Source of the DNA: a candidate division FCPU426 bacterium
GTDB taxonomy: Bacteria > Oederibacteriota > Muellerivitia > Muellerivitales > Muellerivitaceae
Reading direction: 5' to 3'
Assembly: GCA_963719085.1 (NCBI GenBank)
Contig: CAVRAL010000004.1
Span: 320,001-384,000 of the forward strand
Length of the DNA: 64,000 nt
In this document: positions 8,999-17,500 of the stretch, piece after piece
Position numbering within the stretch: the first letter of the stretch is position 1
Layout of the letters: each line of letters opens with the position of its first letter
Program-made: the position numbers and the translations under genes
Notes under the pieces: model-generated
The model's database searches: none
What the model was told of the DNA's origin: nothing
The model's input: the letters and a program-made list of their open reading frames with translations, nothing else

Positions 8999-9033
8999 TT
9001 TTTCGAGCCGTTTTGAAAAAATACACAGGAGGA
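8988..9033 (+). promoter_or_regulatory. Anti-Shine-Dalgarno hairpin sequestering the RBS of the porin gene
   Basis: TCCTCCTGT (8988-8996) is the exact complement of ACAGGAGGA (9025-9033); inner stem TTTTTCGA/TTGAAAAA. Confidence 0.75.
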
Positions 9034-9037
9034 ATTC

Positions 9038-10144
9038 ATGAGAATTCATCGTTTTTATTTTATTTTGGCCTCCCTTTTGGGAGTGGCTTTCGCCGGGGGG
9101 GCCCAGGCCCAAACCCGGTCGATTATCTCCAACTTGGCCAATCCGGCCATCGGCATGAGCGCGTTGTTTTTGGGCCAAGCCGCGCCGAACATCGCCGCCC
9201 CCTACGGCATTAAATTCCAGGAAGCCGAATTGAGCGTCATCTCCACCGTGGATCCTTATTGGACCCTGGCCGCCAATTTGGTGTTTGAGGGCGATCCTAA
9301 AACCGGCATTCCCGACTCGGTGTCGGCGGAAGAAGCCTACGCCACCACCGACGCCATCCCGGGAATCACGTTCAAGATCGGGGAAATCCGGGCGGATTTC
9401 GGAAAACACGGACTGCTTCACACCCACGCTTTTCCCTTCATCCAAGCCCCCATCATCATGGGCAACAGCGTGGGCCAGGAAGGCTTCAAGGACGCGGGCG
9501 TGGAAGGCGCTTGGCTGACGCCCCTGCCTTGGTACTGCGAACTGACCCTGGGCGCCTACGGATCGGTGGCGGCCTCGGGCGACCATCCGCTGAATTTCGC
9601 CGACGCCTCGCACGACAATATTCCCTACCTGATCCATCTCAAAAATCTTTTCGACGTGGATGACGACACCACGATGGAATTAGGCGGATCGGCCCTGACC
9701 GGCATGGGTGACGACGGCCTGCACCACGCCGTTTATGGCGCGGACCTGACTTTCCGCAATGTGCCGCTTCAACAATCCAACCAACGGGGATGGATTCTGC
9801 AGGGCGAGTACATCAAAAAAGTTTCCTTTGATGACAACGCCTATAACCAGGAAGCGGACGGCTGGTATACCTCGTTCCAATATCGCTTGGCCCAGGAATG
9901 GTGGACCGGCATCCGGATGGAAGAGTGCTATAACGCCACACCGGACCTGGATGTGGACTCCACGGAAAATTCACTCGCCGGCAACGTCAAGCGCGCCTCG
10001 TTCAATGTGGCTTGGCTGGCGTCGGAATTTTCGCAGGTGAAGGCCGAATATAGCTACGCCCAAAACGACGCGGGCCAGGGCGATAACCGGGTGATGCTGC
10101 AGTTTAACTATGTGATCGGATTCCATCCGCCCCACTCTTATTAG
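9038..10144 (+). CDS. Outer-membrane porin-like protein associated with metal uptake
   Basis: Signal peptide, amphipathic beta strands, His motifs LHTHAFPF and C-terminal IGFHPPHSY; lies before ABC substrate-binding and permease genes. Confidence 0.7.
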   Translation: MRIHRFYFILASLLGVAFAGGAQAQTRSIISNLANPAIGMSALFLGQAAPNIAAPYGIKFQEAELSVISTVDPYWTLAANLVFEGDPKTGIPDSVSAEEAYATTDAIPGITFKIGEIRADFGKHGLLHTHAFPFIQAPIIMGNSVGQEGFKDAGVEGAWLTPLPWYCELTLGAYGSVAASGDHPLNFADASHDNIPYLIHLKNLFDVDDDTTMELGGSALTGMGDDGLHHAVYGADLTFRNVPLQQSNQRGWILQGEYIKKVSFDDNAYNQEADGWYTSFQYRLAQEWWTGIRMEECYNATPDLDVDSTENSLAGNVKRASFNVAWLASEFSQVKAEYSYAQNDAGQGDNRVMLQFNYVIGFHPPHSY

Positions 10145-10195
10145 GACGGAGCGGATTCAAAAAATTTGTGGTTTAAAAAATCAAGGAGAAAACTC

Positions 10196-11110
10196 ATGAA
10201 ACGTCTAAGCGCTTTTTTAGTGCTGCTCTTCGGTTGCTTGATCGCCTTGCCGGCTTTCGCGGATTTGAAAGTGGCCACCTCCCTTTCAGATTTGGCGTCG
10301 GTGGCCCAATTCGTGGGAGGCAAACACGTCACGGCCATCAGCCTTTGCAAAGGTTATGAGGACCCGCATTTTGTCCCGGCCAAACCCAGTTTGATGAAGG
10401 CCATCCAGGACGCCGATGTATTCGTGTCCGTGGGGCTGGAGTTGGACGGGGGCTGGCTGCCCTTGGTCATCCCCGGGAGCCGCAATCCCAAAATTCAGCC
10501 GGGCGCCGAAGGCTTCGTTGACGCCTCGGAAGGCATTGATGTTTTGGATAAGCCCGTCGGCACCGTCAGCCGGGCGGAGGGGGACATCCATCCTTTGGGC
10601 AACCCGCATTACTATGGCGACCCGAAAAATCTGGAAATCGTGGCGGATCATTTGACCCAAATTTTTTCGGATTTGGACCCGGCCAACGCGGCGGACTACG
10701 CGGCCAACGATAAGGCCTTCGACGCGAAAATGGACGCGTCGATCAAGGGCTGGGAGGCTCAGCTGGCTCCTTATAAGGGAAATTCGCTCGTGTCCTACCA
10801 CGAGAATTTCAAGTATTTCACCAACCGGTTTGGCTTGAAGGTTTTCGGAACCGTGGAGTCCAAGCCCGGCATTCCGCCGAGCCCCCGATACCTATCGGAC
10901 ACGGCCGACGCGATGAAAACCGCCGGAGTGAAGGTCGTTATCTACCAGCCTTACTATGACGCCGACGAGGCCAAGCAATTAGCGTTGAAAGCCGGGGCCA
11001 CCGCCTATGAGATTCCTAATGAAGTGGGCGGCGTTCCGGAGGCCAAGGACGTTTTCTCGAAATTCGACTTCATCGTGTCGACTTTAGTTCAAGCCTACGG
11101 GGGAAAATAA
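10196..11110 (+). CDS. Metal (Zn/Mn) ABC transporter substrate-binding protein, ZnuA/TroA family
   Basis: EDPHF, GNPHYY, LDPANA..Y..N, SYHENF.YF, KPGIPPSP motifs; ATG 10196 after AAGGAG. Confidence 0.92.
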   Translation: MKRLSAFLVLLFGCLIALPAFADLKVATSLSDLASVAQFVGGKHVTAISLCKGYEDPHFVPAKPSLMKAIQDADVFVSVGLELDGGWLPLVIPGSRNPKIQPGAEGFVDASEGIDVLDKPVGTVSRAEGDIHPLGNPHYYGDPKNLEIVADHLTQIFSDLDPANAADYAANDKAFDAKMDASIKGWEAQLAPYKGNSLVSYHENFKYFTNRFGLKVFGTVESKPGIPPSPRYLSDTADAMKTAGVKVVIYQPYYDADEAKQLALKAGATAYEIPNEVGGVPEAKDVFSKFDFIVSTLVQAYGGK

Positions 11111-11115
11111 GCGCC

Positions 11116-11940
11116 ATGTCCAACTTTATCGAGGTGATGGGTCTTCCGATTTTGGCCTGCTTGCTCCTCGGCCTCATCCTGCCCTCCTTGGGCCAGCATG
11201 TGCTGGCCCGGGGAGTCATTTTCGTGGACTTGGCCTTGGCTCAAATAGCGGCGCTGGGACAAAGCGTGGCCTTTTTGTTGGGGGCCGACCCCCATGATCC
11301 GGCCACCTACTATTGGTCCCTGGGATTCACCCTATTGGGCGCGGCCCTTTTTAGTTTTTTGTGGGACCGCAACCATTCGGTTTTTCAGGAGGCCTTTATC
11401 GGAATCGCCTTCTCCCTGGCGACGGCGGCCACCCTGTTGGTCTTGTCCAATTCCCCCCACGGCGCCGAGCACGTGCAGGGAACCTTGAGCGGGGAAAGCC
11501 TGGGCTGGGTCGCTTGGAAAGACGTGGCGCTGATGGCGGTCATTTACGCCCTCGTCGGCCTGTTTCTTTTTTTCAACCGCCAGACCTTGGCGCTTTGTTC
11601 CGCCGACCCCAAAGAGGCCCAAAAGCAGGGACTGTCCCTGAAACTTTGGGATTTCCTTTTTTACGCGGGCTTCGGGCTGGTCGTGACCGACGCGGTTCGG
11701 GTTTCGGGCGTGCTGGCGGTCTTTTCGTTTCTGATCGTGCCGATCGTCTGTTCGACCCTTTTGGGCATGAAAGGAAGACCGCGGCTTTACCTGGCCTGGG
11801 GATTGGCGTGGCTGGCTTCGATCATCGGGTCCGGGTTTTCCTATTGGAAGGACTGGCCCATGGGCGCCACCATCGTGTGCGTATTCGGGCTATCGGTGAT
11901 TGTTATCTCGGCCTTCACAAGAATGAGAAACGTCGAATAG
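11116..11940 (+). CDS. Metal ABC transporter permease, ZnuB/MntB family
   Basis: G.HVLARGVIFVDLALAQ, EAFIG, GVLAVFSFLIVP, WPMGATIV. Confidence 0.9.
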   Translation: MSNFIEVMGLPILACLLLGLILPSLGQHVLARGVIFVDLALAQIAALGQSVAFLLGADPHDPATYYWSLGFTLLGAALFSFLWDRNHSVFQEAFIGIAFSLATAATLLVLSNSPHGAEHVQGTLSGESLGWVAWKDVALMAVIYALVGLFLFFNRQTLALCSADPKEAQKQGLSLKLWDFLFYAGFGLVVTDAVRVSGVLAVFSFLIVPIVCSTLLGMKGRPRLYLAWGLAWLASIIGSGFSYWKDWPMGATIVCVFGLSVIVISAFTRMRNVE

Positions 11941-11948
11941 GCAAAAGC

Positions 11949-12094
11949 TTGAAACACAGAGTGACACGGAGTTACACAGGGCGAGGATTAAAATTATTTT
12001 TGATTAAGCCATTAATTTTAAACATTGGGGGAACCTAAAGCTTTGGTTCTCAAAAAGATTTACTCTGTGTAACTTTGTTACCTCCGTGTTTCAA
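11949..12094. repeat. Intergenic inverted repeat, family B, between convergent genes
   Basis: TTGAAACACAGAGTGACACGGAGTTACACAGGG (11949-11981) vs CTCTGTGTAACTTTGTTACCTCCGTGTTTCAA (12063-12094); related copy at 30564-30653. Confidence 0.8.
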
Positions 12095-12099
12095 AAGCC

Positions 12100-12381
12100 T
12101 TAATATTTTGCCTTCGCCTTGGTCTTCTTCTTTTTGGCCGGCGCTTTTTTGCGACGCTTGGCGGCCTTTTCCGCTTCCGACGGTGGCAGGGCTAACTGCG
12201 GCTTGGCGGTTTCGGGCTTGTCGGCCGCTTTCGGCTCTTCTTTAACGCTTTGGCCGCTGGAAGCCTTTTTAAACTCGTCCATGAACTGGCCGATGGCCTT
12301 GCCCAATCCCGGAAGCTTGTCTTTTCCAAAAAAGAAAAGGGCCACGACCAAAATGAGCAGTATTTCTTCAATGCGTCCCAT
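12100..12381 (-). CDS. tatA: Twin-arginine translocase TatA/E subunit
   Basis: MG..EILLILVVALFFFG..KLP.LGKAIG....EFKKA. Confidence 0.85.
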   Translation of the reverse strand: MGRIEEILLILVVALFFFGKDKLPGLGKAIGQFMDEFKKASSGQSVKEEPKAADKPETAKPQLALPPSEAEKAAKRRKKAPAKKKKTKAKAKY

Positions 12382-12482
12382 GCGAAAAACTCCTGAGTTT
12401 TAAGATGGGGCCATTCTATTCAGTCTTCGGCCACTTCGCCAGTGGAATGGATGTTTCCTTCCCATCCTTTTGACGAAACCTA

Positions 12483-12884
12483 TTAAAGCCCTAAAAATAA
12501 TTTCAATCGACGGCGAATTTCATCTCTTACTTCCTGGAAGCTTTTTAGCTTTTCTTCATCCGTCGTGGCTCCCTTTCCAGGGTCGGGCAGCGGCCAATGA
12601 ATTCTTTCAGCCTTCCCTAAGAAAACTGGACATTCTTCCTCGGCGCAAAGGGTGATAACCGTATCCACCGTCGCCGGGTCGATCTCGGCCACGGACTTGG
12701 AAGTCTGGCCGGAAATATCGATTCCGATTTCGGCCAGGGCCTTGATTGATAAAGGATTCACGAAAGACGGCTTGGAACCGGCGCTTTGAATCAGGCCTTT
12801 ATCGCCCAAAAGATGCTTGGCGATGCCTTCCGCCATCTGGCTGCGGCCCGAATTGGCCACACAAAGAAAAAGAATTTTTTTCAA
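12483..12884 (-). CDS. arsC: Arsenate reductase, thioredoxin-coupled LMW-PTPase fold
   Basis: [17 protein letters not shown] (CX5R), SAGS, VITLC....CP resolving cysteines, HWPLPDP. Confidence 0.9.
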   Translation of the reverse strand: MKKILFLCVANSGRSQMAEGIAKHLLGDKGLIQSAGSKPSFVNPLSIKALAEIGIDISGQTSKSVAEIDPATVDTVITLCAEEECPVFLGKAERIHWPLPDPGKGATTDEEKLKSFQEVRDEIRRRLKLFLGL

Positions 12885-12887
12885 GGC

Positions 12888-13571
12888 CTACTCCTTGTTG
12901 TTTTTCAAGTTGGCGGGCGCCAGCCGGATCGACTCATAAAACAACGCGGCAAGAACCGCCCCAAGACAAGGCCCTACCACATAAATCCACGTCCCATTCA
13001 AATGTCCCTCAAAGACCGCGGGGGCCAGGGACCGTGCCGGATTCATGGAAGCCCCCGTGACCGGCCCACCCACCCAGGCCGCTAGCATGACAGTTCCGCC
13101 AATCGCCGCGCCCGCCATGGTGCCGACCGCGCGGGTATCCGTGGCCACCGCCACAATCACGAACATCAGAAAAAAGGTCAGGATCATTTCCCAGCTCAAA
13201 GCTTGCCCATTCGGCACGGCGGGAATGGTGGCTCCATAAGAAACACCGGATGGAAGAATCATTTTGAGGATGCCGATAGCGGCAAAAGCCCCGATGAGTT
13301 GAGCGGCCCAATAGGCCAAAACCTGCTCAAAGGGAAAGTGGCGGGCTACGGCGAAGGCCAAGGTCACGGCGGGATTGAAGTGGGCTCCCGAAATATGCCC
13401 CACCGCGTAAATCATGACCGCCACCGCCAACCCAAAAATAACCGGTACGACCGCCTGCGAAAGGGTCCCCGGAAACCGCTCCGCGACCATGAGGCTTCCG
13501 CATCCGGCGAAGACGAGGGTAAAGGTCCCCATGGCCTCGGCCAGGGACTTCTTAAGAAGGATATTCTTCAT
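12888..13571 (-). CDS. MIP family aquaporin/aquaglyceroporin (probable arsenite channel)
   Basis: Two NPA motifs (ISGAHFNPAVT, GASMNPARS); lies immediately upstream of arsC; start 13571 or 13577. Confidence 0.92.
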   Translation of the reverse strand: MKNILLKKSLAEAMGTFTLVFAGCGSLMVAERFPGTLSQAVVPVIFGLAVAVMIYAVGHISGAHFNPAVTLAFAVARHFPFEQVLAYWAAQLIGAFAAIGILKMILPSGVSYGATIPAVPNGQALSWEMILTFFLMFVIVAVATDTRAVGTMAGAAIGGTVMLAAWVGGPVTGASMNPARSLAPAVFEGHLNGTWIYVVGPCLGAVLAALFYESIRLAPANLKNNKE

Positions 13572-13607
13572 CTCCAACTAGCTCGCGTTTGCAAGTTGAT
13601 CCCCCTA

Positions 13608-13982
13608 TTACTTTTTCTTCCCCACCCACTCGCCCAAAACCGACTTCAATTTCTTTTTCATGCCCTGAAGTTCCTGGATTTTCCCCTCAAACTCATCGAT
13701 CTTGGCGGTGAACAAGTCCACCGTCAGGTCGCAACAGGGGCCCAGACCCTTGTCCCCGCAACAGGTGATTTTCTTTATTTCTTTGAGCGTCAGCCCCATG
13801 GCTTGGGCTTTGCGGATGAACTCCAATTGGTCCACCGCTTCCTTGGGATAAATCCGAAAGCCGCCTTCGCTCCGGGAAGGCTCGTTCAGCAGCCCCTCTT
13901 TTTCGTAATAGCGGATCGTATCGATGGACGTCCCGCTTTTTTGGGCCACTTGACCGATTTGAAGGAATGGATTTTTTTTCAT
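13608..13982 (-). CDS. MerR family transcriptional regulator
   Basis: IGQVAQKSG.SIDTIRYYEKEGLL...RSEGGFRIY...FIRKAQAMG.TL.EI; coiled-coil C-terminus. Confidence 0.93.
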   Translation of the reverse strand: MKKNPFLQIGQVAQKSGTSIDTIRYYEKEGLLNEPSRSEGGFRIYPKEAVDQLEFIRKAQAMGLTLKEIKKITCCGDKGLGPCCDLTVDLFTAKIDEFEGKIQELQGMKKKLKSVLGEWVGKKK

Positions 13983-14000
13983 GGCGTCAGCTCCCAAACG

Positions 14001-14032
14001 AGTATAGACCCTGGAGTATACTCCAGAGTCAA
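14001..14032 (-). promoter_or_regulatory. MerR-type promoter/operator: TTGACT-N20-TATACT with the palindrome CTGGAGTATACTCCAG
   Basis: Extended 20-bp spacer holding a perfect 16-bp palindrome (14011-14026) just upstream of the merR-family gene. Confidence 0.9.
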
Positions 14033-14078
14033 GGACGGTTTTTAACGGGGTTTGTTTTATCGCGGAAGAAACAGCCGG

Positions 14079-14438
14079 TCAGGACTTGCGGTAATGCCGG
14101 ATAAGTTCGACCAGCTGCTGGTTAAAAGCCGCCCGGGGCAAGGCCTGGTCGGCTCCCGCTTCCTTGGCGTCTTGAAGCAGGTCGGCCCTCAGTGAATTGC
14201 CAAAAGCCACCAAAGGAATCTTCGCGGTGGCCGGATTGTGTTTGAGCCGCTCAATCACGGACGGCGCGTCCAGGGTAGCGATGGCCAGATCCACCAGCAA
14301 AAGATCGGGCGTCATTTCCTGCAGGGCGGCGAAGGCCGCGTCCTCGTCGGATAAAAAAAGGCCCTCCCGCCCCTCTTGCCCGGCGGCCTTCTCGATTTGC
14401 TCTTGAAGCGCCGAGTCGGCGGTCAAAACCAGAATCAA
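14079..14438 (-). CDS. Single-domain response regulator receiver (atypical)
   Basis: PDLLLVDL, KIPLVAFG, EAGAD; the conserved Lys-Pro is replaced by PR. Confidence 0.75.
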   Translation of the reverse strand: MILVLTADSALQEQIEKAAGQEGREGLFLSDEDAAFAALQEMTPDLLLVDLAIATLDAPSVIERLKHNPATAKIPLVAFGNSLRADLLQDAKEAGADQALPRAAFNQQLVELIRHYRKS

Positions 14439-17224
14439 TGGGCTTCCAGCCAGTTTTTGCCCACGCCCACATCCACTTTCAAAGGCACCTTGAGCTTCAT
14501 CGCGCCTTCCATCTCCTGCGTGATCAAGTCCCCGGCTTCTTCCACCTCACCCTTGGGCGCCTCAAAGACCAACTCGTCATGCACTTGGAGCAGCATGACG
14601 GTTTCCATTTTTTTCTTTTGGAGCTTCTCCTGCAGCCGCACCATGGCGATCTTTATCAGATCCGCCGCTGATCCCTGGATGGGCGTATTCACCGCCATAT
14701 GCTCGGCGTTGATCCGAAGGCCGACGTTGGAGGATTGAATATCAGGCAATAGGCGCTTACGCCCCAGGATGGTGGAAACGTAGCCGTCCTCCTTAGCCTT
14801 TTCCACCTGCTCGGTGGTGAATTTTTGAATGCCGGGATATTTGGCGAAATAGTCCTCAATAAATTTTTTGGCCTCGGCCATGGACACGCCGTTTTCCCGG
14901 GCCAAGCGCTGGGGACCCATGCCGTAAATGACCCCGAAATTAATGGTCTTGGCTTGGTTGCGCTGGGTGGAGGTGACTTTTTCCATGGGCACCCCGAAGA
15001 TCAGCGACGCGGTCCGGCGGTGGACATCCTCGTCGTTCTTGAAGGTTTGAATGAGATTGGGGTCTTCCGTGATGTGGGCCAAAACGCGGAGCTCAATTTG
15101 GGAATAGTCCGCCGAGATGAGCACATGCTTGGAATCCTTCGGAACGAAGGCGGCCCGGATTCTGCGGCCGAACTCGGAACGAATCGGGATGTTCTGTAAA
15201 TTGGGGTCGGTCGAGGCCAGCCTTCCGGTGGCGGCCGTCACCTGGCTGTAGGAAGTATGGATGCGGTTGTCCTGGGGATGGACCATCTCCGGCAGAACGT
15301 CCAAATAGGTGTTCTTGAGCTTGGAAAGCTGGCGGAAATCCAAAACCAAATCCGCGATAGGGACGCCTTTGAGCGATTCCAGCACATCCACGTCCGTGGC
15401 GTAACCGGTTTTGGTCTTTTTCACCCGGGTTCCGGCGATCTTTTGAACCTGCATCTTCTCGAAAAGAATCTTGCCCAGCTGCAGGGGCGAGCCGATGTTA
15501 AATTCTTCCCCCGCCGCTTTGAAAATCTTCTGGGTGAGTTTTTTGAGCTCCACTCCGGCCTCATCGGACAACTCTTTCAAAAGCCTCACGTCCACGCAGA
15601 TCCCTTTGCGTTCCATTTCTTCCAACACCGACACCAGGGGAAGTTCCACCTCCCGGTAAAGTTTTTCCAGGCCCTCCTTTTTCAAACGCGGGGCGAACAA
15701 ATCGTGGGCCCTCAGGGTAAAGTCCACATCCTCGCAGGCGTATTGGGTGATGGCTTCCAAAGGAACCTGATCCATGGTGATCTGCTTTTTTCCGCTCCCG
15801 ATCAGCGCCTGGGTAGGGATCTTGGTGTAGTTGAAATGCTTCAGCGCGATGGCGTCCAGATTGTGCTGGCGGTAGGAAGAATCCAAAAGGAAGCTTTCCA
15901 GCATGGTGTCAAAAGCGAAGCCTTGGGGATCAATGCCGTGGCTCTTGAAGACCGCCCAGTCATATTTGCTGTTTTGGCCGCCCTTCTCAATTTTCGGATT
16001 TTCGAGGAATGGCTTGATCAACTGAACGACCTTCGCTTGGGGAAGCTGTTGGTTGAAAGGAATAAAAACCGCTTCCTTTTCTTTCCACGCCAATGAAACC
16101 CCCACGATGTCGACCGTCAAGGGATCCAATCCCGTGGTTTCCGTATCCACCGCCACCAACCCGGCTTTCGCCGCCGCCGCGAGCGCCTTCGTAATTTCTT
16201 CCTCGGTCAAAAGGCTTCGGTACTTATCCGAAACTATCTTTACTCTAATTTCCTCGGGAGCCTGTTCCTCGTTCTTTTCTTTTTTAACCTTTTTGGCCTT
16301 AGGCTCGGGAACCGATGGGCTTGAAAGCGAGAACTCTACGCCAAAGGGCTTGGCGTATTCCTCGATTTTGGTCATCATCCGGTTGAATTCCAGCTCCCGG
16401 CAAAGCTCTTGAAGCTCGGCCATGTCGGGCTTGCCGCAGGCCAAGTCCACGGCCTTTTCCTTGATCGGCACTTCGCAATCAATCGTCACCAGTTCCTTGG
16501 ACAAATCGGCCATCGCCTTGTTTTTGATCAAGGATTCTTTGAGCTTGGGCTTTTGGATTTTTTCCAAGTTCTTATAAAGATTATCGAGCGTCCCATATTC
16601 CTGGATCAGGGTGGTGGCGGTCTTTTCCCCCACCCCGGGAACGCCGGGCACGTTGTCCGAGGTGTCGCCCATCAGGGCCAGCACGTCGATGACCTGCTCC
16701 GGCTTCACCCCGAATTTTTCCAGCACGTCATTCTCATCCGCCATCATCCAATCGTTGGGCCATTTGGGCTTGAACATCCGCACCCCCGGCCCGATGAGCT
16801 GCATGAAATCCTTGTCGCCGGACACGATCACGCTGTCGATTTTTTCTTTCGTGGCGCGTTTCACCAAGGTTCCGATCAAATCGTCCGCCTCGAAGCCCGG
16901 CTTGGCCAGCATGGGAATGCTCATGGCCTTGACCATCTGGTGGATATAGGGAAAAGACTTGGCCAGGTCCTCCGGCATTTCTTCCCGGTTGGCTTTGTAT
17001 TCTTTATACATTTTGTGGCGGAAGGTGGGTTCTTGACTGTCAAAAATCACCGCGAAGTATTCGGGTTTTTGTTTTTCCAGGATCATCAAAAGCGTGCTCA
17101 TAAACCCGTAAACCGCCGAGGTGTTCAGGCCTTTCGTGGTCACCCGGGGATCTTTGATGAAACTAAAATAGCCCCGATAGGCCACCGCCGCTCCGTCCAA
17201 TAAAAACAACCTGGGTTTGGCCAT
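14435..17224 (-). CDS. polA: DNA polymerase I
   Basis: 5'-3' exonuclease (LLDG..AYR, GDTSDNVPGV), 3'-5' exonuclease (DTETTG) and polymerase motifs (ADYSQIELR, AKTINFG, QVHDEL). Confidence 0.99.
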   Translation of the reverse strand: MAKPRLFLLDGAAVAYRGYFSFIKDPRVTTKGLNTSAVYGFMSTLLMILEKQKPEYFAVIFDSQEPTFRHKMYKEYKANREEMPEDLAKSFPYIHQMVKAMSIPMLAKPGFEADDLIGTLVKRATKEKIDSVIVSGDKDFMQLIGPGVRMFKPKWPNDWMMADENDVLEKFGVKPEQVIDVLALMGDTSDNVPGVPGVGEKTATTLIQEYGTLDNLYKNLEKIQKPKLKESLIKNKAMADLSKELVTIDCEVPIKEKAVDLACGKPDMAELQELCRELEFNRMMTKIEEYAKPFGVEFSLSSPSVPEPKAKKVKKEKNEEQAPEEIRVKIVSDKYRSLLTEEEITKALAAAAKAGLVAVDTETTGLDPLTVDIVGVSLAWKEKEAVFIPFNQQLPQAKVVQLIKPFLENPKIEKGGQNSKYDWAVFKSHGIDPQGFAFDTMLESFLLDSSYRQHNLDAIALKHFNYTKIPTQALIGSGKKQITMDQVPLEAITQYACEDVDFTLRAHDLFAPRLKKEGLEKLYREVELPLVSVLEEMERKGICVDVRLLKELSDEAGVELKKLTQKIFKAAGEEFNIGSPLQLGKILFEKMQVQKIAGTRVKKTKTGYATDVDVLESLKGVPIADLVLDFRQLSKLKNTYLDVLPEMVHPQDNRIHTSYSQVTAATGRLASTDPNLQNIPIRSEFGRRIRAAFVPKDSKHVLISADYSQIELRVLAHITEDPNLIQTFKNDEDVHRRTASLIFGVPMEKVTSTQRNQAKTINFGVIYGMGPQRLARENGVSMAEAKKFIEDYFAKYPGIQKFTTEQVEKAKEDGYVSTILGRKRLLPDIQSSNVGLRINAEHMAVNTPIQGSAADLIKIAMVRLQEKLQKKKMETVMLLQVHDELVFEAPKGEVEEAGDLITQEMEGAMKLKVPLKVDVGVGKNWLEAH

Positions 17225-17275
17225 AAAAGCCTCTTTTAGAGTTTATTCTTTAAGCTTCACAAAAAAGCCCATGTA

Positions 17276-17360
17276 ACATTGATTAACGCCGATGAACGCT
17301 GATTGGAAAATTCGAAATTTACGCCTAATCAAAATTGCGTTCATCGGCGTCCATCATTGT
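17276..17360. repeat. Intergenic inverted repeat, family A
   Basis: ACATTGATTAACGCCGATGAACGC / GCGTTCATCGGCGTCCATCATTGT. Confidence 0.8.
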
Positions 17361-17391
17361 TCCAAATATTTTAGTTTTTGTTAGATATCCC

Positions 17392-17432
17392 AAAACAAAA
17401 GCCCCTTCCCGTTTTAACCAGGAAGAGGCTTT
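17392..17432 (-). terminator. Intrinsic terminator after the parAB-hypothetical unit
   Basis: Minus strand AAAGCCTCTTCC...GGAAGGGGCTTT followed by TGTTTT. Confidence 0.65.
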
Positions 17433-17500
17433 GAGTTTAACCGAAGCCGAAGTTCTTTCGACCATCAAAAAACGTTTTTAGATTGTTGGAAAATAAAAGC

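Noticed and set aside
17250..17265. Rex operator half-site (TTCACAA) upstream of polA
   Set aside because: No matching TTGTGAA half at the required spacing.
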